The position numbers were made by a program, and so were the translations under genes. Shown here one piece after another: positions 8,911 to 16,243 of a stretch of 36,359 nt of DNA (the stretch's first letter is position 1; every line of letters begins with the position of its first letter). This stretch comes from Elusimicrobiota bacterium (GTDB lineage: Bacteria > CG03). The DNA lies in contig JAGHAG010000096.1 of the NCBI GenBank assembly GCA_021161625.1, positions 1-36,359 of the forward strand, given 5' to 3'. The notes beneath the pieces were generated by a model. That model did no database searches, was not told where the DNA came from, and saw only the letters and a program-made list of their open reading frames with translations.

Positions 8911-11900
8911 ATGGGTAGAAACGAAGAAAAAGACATAGAAGCATTGAAGAAATTGAAAGAAGACCTTCTTTCAGAAATAGATTTTCTAAAAGCCCGCCTT
9001 GAAAAAGAAAGAACTCAACATCAGGAAGAGATTTTGAAACTTCAAACCCAAAACATTGCTTTAAGAACGCAGTTTCAGGAAAGAGAGAAAGAACTTACCT
9101 CAAAATTGACTGAACTTCAAAAAAAATTAGAGCAGACCCATAGAGAATATGAAGAAGCCCGAAGAACATGGGAAGAGATTCTCAAGAATAAAGAACAGGA
9201 AAAAAATGCGATTTATGCAGAACTTGCAATAAAAGAATCAGAAGCAGGAGCTGACCTTGAGGCAGAAAAAAGGAAATTTTTTGAGAGGGAAGGAGAACTG
9301 TTAAAGGAAATAGATGAGTTGCGTGCAACCCTTTCAGAAACAAAAAAACAATATGAAGAGAAACTGAAATCTCTTGAGACAGAAAAAAGAGAAATTTTTG
9401 ATGAATTCCAGAATAAAATTTCTAACCTCAGGAAAGAAATTAAGGAAAGAGAAGAAAAAATAAAGGAACTTTCAATAGAACTTGAAAAAAGCAATGAAGA
9501 AAAGGGTCTTATACGTGGAGAAAATATCCTCAGGGAAGATGAGTTAAACAAAAAAATTTTAGAGCAAAAAGATGAGATAGTCAGATTAAAAACAGAACTG
9601 GAATCAGAAAAAACTCAGGCAAATGCGCAGATTGAATTAAAAGAAGCGCAAGTTAGGGACCTTAAAACAAAACTTTCTGAAACCGAAAAAAAATATTCTG
9701 AAATTCTTGCAGAAAGGGAAAAGGAACTTGCCCGTCTTGAAAGACTTCTTGAGGAAGAAAGAACATCTTCAGTTTCCCGTATTCAGGAACTTGAAGAGGC
9801 AAACAATGTTGTAAGGGCAGAGGCAGTTTTAAGAGAAGATTCAATAAAGAGAGAGTATGAAGAAAGAATAAACAAACTGGAGAAAGAAAAAAAACATCTT
9901 CAGGATGAAATTAATATCTTAAGGGCAAAAATTGAGGAACAGCGGAAGAATTTTGAAAAAGAAATAAAAAGCAGAGAAGACCAAATTACACAGTTAGAAC
10001 TTGAAATTGAAAGGCAGAAGTCAGAATTTCAAATTGCTCTGGATGCAAAAATAAAGGAAATTGAGACCCTTCAAGCACAGGATGAGGAAGAGATAAAATT
10101 TTTGAAAGCAAGGATTGAAGAGGAAAAAGAACTCTTTCAAAAGAGAATTAAAGAGGAAGAAGCAACAATAGAGAAAATTGTCAATGAAAAAGAAAATCTT
10201 TCACAAAGGCTTCTGATAAAAGAGAGGGAAATTGAAGAGGTAAAAAGGGAATTAAATCTTACAAAAGAGGCATACAATACTGAAATAACTCATTTAAAAA
10301 CAGAAATAGAAAGAAGCAGGGTTTTGCTTGCTAAAAGCCAGGAAGAGGCAAAAGCCATTGTAACCGAGAAGGAAAATCAGATAAAGGTTCTTGCTCAAAA
10401 GATAAATGATTTGAATAATGACTGGCAGAGACGCCTGGAATTTGCCCAGGAGGAAATCTTTAGCTTGGAGAGAGAAAAGGTAAATGAAATTGCAAAAATA
10501 AAAGAAGAGGAACAGCATAAAAGAAATTCTTTGATTGTTGAATATCAGGACAAGATAAATGAACTTACAGCTCTCAAATCCTCATATGAGGCAAGGGCAC
10601 AGGAACTTCACAAGATAATTCTTGAAAAGGAAGAGGCAATAGAGGGGCTCAAAAAGATTCTTCAGGAGAAAGAAACCCTTCTTTCAAAGGCAATATCAGA
10701 AAAAGAACTTGAATCCCAGAGGATAAGGCACCAGTTTGAAGATGAAATTGCTGGTTTGAGAAGGGATTTTGAGCAGGAAAGAAAAAGATTTTTAGAGGAA
10801 CTCACAAGAAAAGAAGAAGAGAAAAATCAAATTTTGGCAAGGGCAGAAAAGGAAGTTGCAGTTATTGATGCAACCCTTAAAGCAAAAGAAGAGGATTTAA
10901 GAAGAACAGAAACACGACTTAAAGATGTGGAGGCATCTCTTTCTGCTCAAATTTCGGCTCGGGATACACAGATTTCACAACTCCGCCTTGAAATTTTAAA
11001 ACTACAGGAAAAATTGAGAATTGAAATTGAGAATTTTTCAGCACAAACAAGAAAAATGAACGAAGATTTTTCAGAAAGGTTAAAGGTAAAAGATGAAGAA
11101 AACAACCGCCAGAGATTGGTTTTGCTTTCAGAGATTGAAGAAAAGGAGAAAAAACTTCAGAATTTTCGCATAGAAAGTGAGGCAAAAATAAATCAACTTG
11201 CGAGGGTGATTTCTTCAAAGGAAAGCCAGATAGAGGAATTAAAAGAAAAACACAGTGAGAAAATTTCAGAAATTATACGAACCAGAGATGAGGAAATAAA
11301 TCGTCTTAAAAAAGCCATAAATGCCCTTGAAAATGAAAAAAACTCTCTGATGATTCAGGTTTCAAACAGAGAAGATGTTATAAAAGGGTTGAAGCAGGTT
11401 TCCGAAGAAAAGGAAAGACAGATAAGGGAAATTTTTGAGACCGAAAAAACAGAGCTTTTAAGCAAGATTGAAGAAAGAGAAGCACAGATTTCACAGTTAA
11501 GGAATCAGATAAATAATCTTGAAATAAAAAGAAGAAACGAACTTGAAACAAGAATGCTTGAATTTATAAGAGAAAGAAATCGTTTAAGAGAAGAAATCAC
11601 CCGATATTATAACAAGTTTACAGAATTGAGCGAGCAAAATCAGGAACTTTTAAGCACCTGTGAACGACTTAAGAAAGAAAGAGAAGAGACAGTTTTGCTC
11701 TGGCAGAAAAAACTTAACGAAAAAGAAATACAAATTTCCCAGGAAAGAGCAAAAATTAGGGAACTTGAAAAAGAAATTCTTTCTCTTACTGCGTTGAAAG
11801 AAAATTTAAAGGCACGTGAGGAGCAAATTTCAAACAGAGAAAAAACAGTTCTTATCCAGAAACAGCAAATGAAGGAAGAACTTCAAAAGATAAAAGAAGG

Positions 11901-12477
11901 TTTTCAGATGGAAAAACAGAGTTTAAATGCCTCCATAAAAGAATTAAAAGAAATTCTTGAGAGAAAAGAGGTTGAAGCAAAAAGCTTAAGAATTGAAAAG
12001 GAAAAATTATCCCAGTTTCTATCAGAAGCAAAAAGAGACAAGGAAAATTTCAAAGTTTTTAAGAACAAACTGGAATTTGAAGTAAAAGAACTTTCAGATA
12101 GAGTTCAGTATTTAAAAGAAGAACTTGGAAGAAAGGAGAATGAATTTTTGTCAGAAAAACAGAAACTTGAGCGCCAATTTATAGAAAAGGAAAACAGTTT
12201 GAAGACAGAAATTATTAATTTGAAGGCATTGCTTGAAAAAGAAAAAAGAGAACATGAACTTGAAAGGGAAAAATATATAAAGCAGATGGAAGCCAGCGCA
12301 AATAAGTTTCAAGAGAAACTTGAAGAGTGGACTACACAGAAGCAGGAACTTCTGGAAAAGTTTTATATAACAGATATGACGAGAAGGGAACTTGCAAAGG
12401 AAGTGGAAAGACTGGAAGATGAGCTTAAAGAGGCGAAAAGGTCATTTTTGAGCAAACTTTTTAAGAAAACGAAATAG
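8911..12477 (+). CDS. Giant coiled-coil protein B (1188 aa) with a C-terminal amphipathic basic tail
   Basis: Starts 3 nt after the stop of A, with a GGGGGG-containing SD-like run upstream. Uninterrupted coiled-coil composition. Ends ...AKRSFLSKLFKKTK. Confidence 0.85.
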   Translation: MGRNEEKDIEALKKLKEDLLSEIDFLKARLEKERTQHQEEILKLQTQNIALRTQFQEREKELTSKLTELQKKLEQTHREYEEARRTWEEILKNKEQEKNAIYAELAIKESEAGADLEAEKRKFFEREGELLKEIDELRATLSETKKQYEEKLKSLETEKREIFDEFQNKISNLRKEIKEREEKIKELSIELEKSNEEKGLIRGENILREDELNKKILEQKDEIVRLKTELESEKTQANAQIELKEAQVRDLKTKLSETEKKYSEILAEREKELARLERLLEEERTSSVSRIQELEEANNVVRAEAVLREDSIKREYEERINKLEKEKKHLQDEINILRAKIEEQRKNFEKEIKSREDQITQLELEIERQKSEFQIALDAKIKEIETLQAQDEEEIKFLKARIEEEKELFQKRIKEEEATIEKIVNEKENLSQRLLIKEREIEEVKRELNLTKEAYNTEITHLKTEIERSRVLLAKSQEEAKAIVTEKENQIKVLAQKINDLNNDWQRRLEFAQEEIFSLEREKVNEIAKIKEEEQHKRNSLIVEYQDKINELTALKSSYEARAQELHKIILEKEEAIEGLKKILQEKETLLSKAISEKELESQRIRHQFEDEIAGLRRDFEQERKRFLEELTRKEEEKNQILARAEKEVAVIDATLKAKEEDLRRTETRLKDVEASLSAQISARDTQISQLRLEILKLQEKLRIEIENFSAQTRKMNEDFSERLKVKDEENNRQRLVLLSEIEEKEKKLQNFRIESEAKINQLARVISSKESQIEELKEKHSEKISEIIRTRDEEINRLKKAINALENEKNSLMIQVSNREDVIKGLKQVSEEKERQIREIFETEKTELLSKIEEREAQISQLRNQINNLEIKRRNELETRMLEFIRERNRLREEITRYYNKFTELSEQNQELLSTCERLKKEREETVLLWQKKLNEKEIQISQERAKIRELEKEILSLTALKENLKAREEQISNREKTVLIQKQQMKEELQKIKEGFQMEKQSLNASIKELKEILERKEVEAKSLRIEKEKLSQFLSEAKRDKENFKVFKNKLEFEVKELSDRVQYLKEELGRKENEFLSEKQKLERQFIEKENSLKTEIINLKALLEKEKREHELEREKYIKQMEASANKFQEKLEEWTTQKQELLEKFYITDMTRRELAKEVERLEDELKEAKRSFLSKLFKKTK

Positions 12478-12656
12478 TTGTCCAGTATAACAAAATCGTA
12501 AGTAGTGAGTGGTAATTCGCCCACTACATTTCGCAGACCAAGGGTCTCGAGCTACATTTCTCTATTTCTTTTAGTTAACAAGTTAAAAAGCTGACAAGTT
12601 GATATGGTAGCGAGTAGTAAGTGGTAAAGAGTTTATTTTCAAATCCCCCCTCTCAA

Positions 12657-12679
12657 TCTCCCCCCTTTTAGGGGGGAGA
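12657..12679. repeat. C6/G6 hairpin (TCTCCCCCC-TTTTA-GGGGGGAGA). Part of an approximately 50-nt module repeated at 21372-21416. Terminator-like element between convergent genes.
   Basis: A perfect 9-bp stem lying between the coiled-coil B stop (12477) and the queD stop (12711). Flanked by further C6, G5 and C3 runs. The U-tract is weak on both strands. Confidence 0.5.
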
Positions 12680-12710
12680 AACAGTAGGGGGTTCCCTTTT
12701 CCACTTTTAA

Positions 12711-13073
12711 CTATTTTAAATAGGTTGCACTTGAATTTTCAGTTTCAAAAACCTGAACGCTTGAAATTTTCACTCCTGAGGGAAGTTTCATTTTTATTTT
12801 ATCTGCGATAAATTTTGCAATTCTTTCGCTTGTGGGATTTTCTTTTGTAAATGGGGGGATATCATTGAGAGTTTTGTGGTCCAGTTTTGAAAGCACATCT
12901 TTTAAAATTTTTTTTAGTTCTGAAAAATCCATTACCATGTTGTTTTTCAGAATTTTACTTTCAACCGTAAGGATTACTTTCCAGTTATGACCGTGAATTT
13001 TTTCGCATTTTCCTCTGTAATTTCTTAAAAAATGTGCTGAAGAGAAACTGGCACTTACAGAAATTCTGTACAT
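12711..13073 (-). CDS. queD: 6-carboxy-5,6,7,8-tetrahydropterin synthase
   Basis: 120 aa. SAHFL...CEKIHGHNWKV is the PTPS/QueD His-ligand motif. Confidence 0.85.
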   Translation of the reverse strand: MYRISVSASFSSAHFLRNYRGKCEKIHGHNWKVILTVESKILKNNMVMDFSELKKILKDVLSKLDHKTLNDIPPFTKENPTSERIAKFIADKIKMKLPSGVKISSVQVFETENSSATYLK

Positions 13074-13813
13074 AATTTAACCCTGCCTGTGTTAACATTA
13101 AATATTTTTCTGGCAATTTTTCTGAAATGTTTTGGGTCATCGCTTACAAAAAAGAGGGTTTTTCCCTTTTTCTGCAGCGAACTTATTTTTATGTCATCAA
13201 CAATTGCCTCAGAGCCGATAAGCTGGGTTTTTTTGCCAAGAAAACTTTGAATTTGGTTTTTTATTACAGGGTAGTGTGTACAACCCAGAATAAGTGTATC
13301 AGGATTCCAGTTTTTTAATTTTTTTAAATAAATCTGTATGACTTTTTTTAAAACCTCTGTTTTTGTCCAGCCCTCTTCAATAAGAGGCACAAAAAGAGGG
13401 GTTGGCATGGCAAAAATTCTTGCTTTTGGATTTATTTTTCTTATTTTTTTTAAGTAGGCGCTACTTTTTATTGTGAGTTTTGTTCCAATTATTGCAATTT
13501 TTTTAGAATTTTTTACTTTTTTTACAACAGGGGTTATGACATCGTAAAGAGGCACAGGACACCCCTTCCTTAAATAAGGAACTGCTACAGAAGAAGCAGT
13601 ATTGCAGGCACAGATTATTACATTGCACTTTTTTTTCAAAAGAAAATGGAGAATTCTTTTTGTATAGGAAATTATTGTTTTTTTTGTTTTTTCCCCATAA
13701 GGAAGATGTGCAGTATCTGCAAAATAGATATAATCACATTTCGGAAAATGTTTTTTGACAATTTTGTAAACACTTAATCCACCCACCCCAGAGTCAAAAA
13801 TTCCTATTTTCAT
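13055..13813 (-). CDS. murI: Glutamate racemase
   Basis: IGIFDSGVGGLSV, CNTAS and GCTHYP catalytic-Cys motifs. Confidence 0.9.
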   Translation of the reverse strand: MKIGIFDSGVGGLSVYKIVKKHFPKCDYIYFADTAHLPYGEKTKKTIISYTKRILHFLLKKKCNVIICACNTASSVAVPYLRKGCPVPLYDVITPVVKKVKNSKKIAIIGTKLTIKSSAYLKKIRKINPKARIFAMPTPLFVPLIEEGWTKTEVLKKVIQIYLKKLKNWNPDTLILGCTHYPVIKNQIQSFLGKKTQLIGSEAIVDDIKISSLQKKGKTLFFVSDDPKHFRKIARKIFNVNTGRVKLCTEFL

Positions 13814-13819
13814 AAGAGT

Positions 13820-14449
13820 TTATCCGTTTTTGTATTTTAAAATGGAGTTTTGTAAACTTTTAAGTTTTTTGCGAATTTCATTTAACTCAATTTTTATGTC
13901 ATCTTTTAAAAAATTTTCTTTTTCAAGCAGTTCAGAAAGTTTTTTTATGCTTGTTTCAAATTCATTTAATTGATTTTCAGTATCAGACATAAATTTTTTT
14001 AAAGAATCAAGAAGTTTGTTTATTGCATTTGCAAGAGGGACAAATTCATCATGCTTTCTTAAATAGATTCGCTTTGAGAGATTGCCTTTTTCTATATCGT
14101 TTACAATGGATGTCATTCGGTTTATTGGTCCAACAATTTTATGAGAAAGGAAGATGCCAAAAAATCCTGCTAAAAAAATCAAAAACACGACACTTATCCA
14201 GTAGGAGTTGAGAAGTGCTTTTGCAAGCTCCTTTGAAATTGGCTCTGTAACTGCTTTTGAAAGTTTTTCTGAAAGAATTGGATAAATTCCGAAAAAAGTT
14301 ATAAGGGAAATTACCCCTGCTACAAGAACCATGCTTATAAGAATATAAAAAGTATATTTGAACTGATATTTTTTGTGAGTAATAATTATTCTTCTCTTAT
14401 GCCTAACGGAGTCCGGCATAAACTTTTTCCTGATATGTGGCAGCACCAC
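13820..14449 (-). CDS. Two-TM HAMP-domain protein with a short coiled-coil tail and no output domain
   Basis: TM1 ILISMVLVAGVISLITFF and TM2 ISVVFLIFLAGFFGIFL. HAMP-like HKIVGPINRMTSIVNDIEKGNLSKRI...DEFVPLANAINKLLDSL. The remaining approximately 60 aa are helical. The start could instead be the Met at 14419. Confidence 0.6.
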   Translation of the reverse strand: MVLPHIRKKFMPDSVRHKRRIIITHKKYQFKYTFYILISMVLVAGVISLITFFGIYPILSEKLSKAVTEPISKELAKALLNSYWISVVFLIFLAGFFGIFLSHKIVGPINRMTSIVNDIEKGNLSKRIYLRKHDEFVPLANAINKLLDSLKKFMSDTENQLNEFETSIKKLSELLEKENFLKDDIKIELNEIRKKLKSLQNSILKYKNG

Positions 14450-15746
14450 ATTTAAAAATTACATTAAGATCGTTTCTGAAGTAATTGCCGTTTTCGTCCT
14501 TGCCATTCCATTCCACTTCAAAAACCCCTGCTTCATGAGTAGGATTGTCAATAAGTATTTTTTTCTGACGAGCAGATTTAATTTTTATCAGCACAGATGT
14601 AGATTTCCCAACTCTGTATCTGATTTTGAGCGTCCCTTCATTTGTATAAAAGAATTTTGGTGTTACATAAAGCATTCTTTCCTGTGCTTTTCTTGCAAGA
14701 TATCTTTCAAACTTTGTTGAGAGGGTTGGAACATTTGCAAGACGCAAGAACACAACCACAGCTGCAATAGGGATGACGAACTGGGGGATTTTTTTAGATT
14801 TTGAAATGAGGGAGCAACACGAGAAAGCAACTGCAAGGCTCGCAAAAATATAGGGTTTAAAAAGCATACTTACCATAATTGTAAGGACAGCGAGGACATC
14901 CCACGGAACAATCTTTGGTTTTATTTCTTTTATAATAACCTGCTCAGCAAGATATGGATTTTCTTCTGAAAAGACAACAATTTCTCTAAAAACTTTTATT
15001 CCATTTTTAACATCTTCTGCCTTGAGAAGTGCCTTCCCACATTCAAGCATCTTTTTTATGTCATTTGCCTCATGCGCTAAAGCACACCGCCTTAAAAGAG
15101 CATTTACTTTTTGAGGTTCCACTTCAAAACTTGTCTGACCTTCTTTTTGAGAAATGGCTTGGGGTGCAAAAAGAACTTCTCTTATCAACCCTTGAGTTCT
15201 TATGTCTGTTGGATAAACCCTTCTTAAAAATGCCACAATTTCTATTGCTCGGAGAAAATCCTTTTTTCCAAGATATTGGTAACAGAGTGTTCTTTTTTCT
15301 TCATAAATTTCATCAAGAATCTGTTTTATTGCATCACCAATTTTCCCTTCAGTAATAATTGGAAGCAATGGTGGGGAAACCTTTCTTTTTTTCCAGCCAG
15401 ATGACTTTTTTATTCGTTCGTAAATCTCTTCATCCGCAATGGATTTGTTAAAGCAATCTGAAATTTCAAAAATTTTTGCAAATTTCTGGGAAACCGGCAA
15501 CTTTGTTGCAACAACAATAGGGGATTCCACACAGTTTTCCTTTAAGGATGCAATAAAATTTATTCCATCAAGAGAGGGAAAAAGAAGTTCAGTTATAACA
15601 ATATCGGGTTTCTTTTTTAAAATCAAATCAAATGCCTTTTGAGGGTCTGAAAAAACAGAAATTATGTATTCTTCCTCAAGAAGTTTCTTAAGACGGTTTA
15701 TAAAATCAGAATCCGTATCTATTATATATGCAGTTTCTTTTACCAT
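14403..15746 (-). CDS. Receiver (REC)-like domain, helical repeat region, three TM helices and a C-terminal FlgD-Ig-like domain
   Basis: A CheY-like fold can be read from the sequence: IIDTDSD, PDIVITELLFPSLDG, PIVVATK, FNKS. Three hydrophobic helices follow. The C-terminus contains AGVFEVEWNGKDENGNYF, typical of FlgD Ig-like domains. The start was moved to MVKETAY (15746) so that it abuts the upstream pilin stop. Confidence 0.6.
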   Translation of the reverse strand: MVKETAYIIDTDSDFINRLKKLLEEEYIISVFSDPQKAFDLILKKKPDIVITELLFPSLDGINFIASLKENCVESPIVVATKLPVSQKFAKIFEISDCFNKSIADEEIYERIKKSSGWKKRKVSPPLLPIITEGKIGDAIKQILDEIYEEKRTLCYQYLGKKDFLRAIEIVAFLRRVYPTDIRTQGLIREVLFAPQAISQKEGQTSFEVEPQKVNALLRRCALAHEANDIKKMLECGKALLKAEDVKNGIKVFREIVVFSEENPYLAEQVIIKEIKPKIVPWDVLAVLTIMVSMLFKPYIFASLAVAFSCCSLISKSKKIPQFVIPIAAVVVFLRLANVPTLSTKFERYLARKAQERMLYVTPKFFYTNEGTLKIRYRVGKSTSVLIKIKSARQKKILIDNPTHEAGVFEVEWNGKDENGNYFRNDLNVIFKCGAATYQEKVYAGLR

Positions 15747-16243
15747 GTATGTATTCCTGTTCCCTGTGTGTCTGTTGCATTGCAGTTTATGTACCACTGT
15801 CCTGTATCATAAAGAAAAACCCATGCCCCAGCAACCCCACTAGCAGTTAACCTTGAATCATAGTCAAAAGTTTTACCATTTTTTGCAATTATAATATTAT
15901 TTTCTCCTTCATTTGGCGCATCTGGAATGCCGGACTCAAATTCTGGAATTTTTGTCATATAAGTTGGGACCCATGCATTGGAATCAAGAGAGTGCCCTGT
16001 CTGAGTAAGAAGTTTATAATCATCAATATTACTTTTTCCATAAGTTTCATATGGCCAGATTCCATTATTTGAAGAATAATAAATTGATGTTACACTTTTC
16101 AAAACTCCAAGATTATGTTTTGCTGTTGCCTGTTTTGCGGCTTTTGCTATGTCAGCAAACTTTGGAATTGCAACAGAAGCAAGCAAACTTATAATAACCA
16201 TCACTATCATTAATTCAACAAGAGTAAAGGCTTTTTTATTCAA
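15740..16243 (-). CDS. Type IV pilin / pseudopilin-like protein with a prepilin N-terminal methylation motif
   Basis: MNKKAFTLVELMIVMVIISLLA: a short basic leader, Phe+1, Glu+5 and a hydrophobic helix, except that Ala replaces the canonical Gly at position -1. Confidence 0.85.
   Translation of the reverse strand: MNKKAFTLVELMIVMVIISLLASVAIPKFADIAKAAKQATAKHNLGVLKSVTSIYYSSNNGIWPYETYGKSNIDDYKLLTQTGHSLDSNAWVPTYMTKIPEFESGIPDAPNEGENNIIIAKNGKTFDYDSRLTASGVAGAWVFLYDTGQWYINCNATDTQGTGIHTW

Noticed and set aside
5641-11218. Many 60-190-aa antisense or alternative-frame ORFs inside the coiled-coil genes (for example 5641..6216, 6066..6335, 9213..9551 and 10919..11218).
   Set aside because: They are Ser/Phe/Leu-rich mirror translations of GAA/AAG-rich sense codons, an expected artefact of low-complexity purine-rich coding DNA. 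None has start-site signals.
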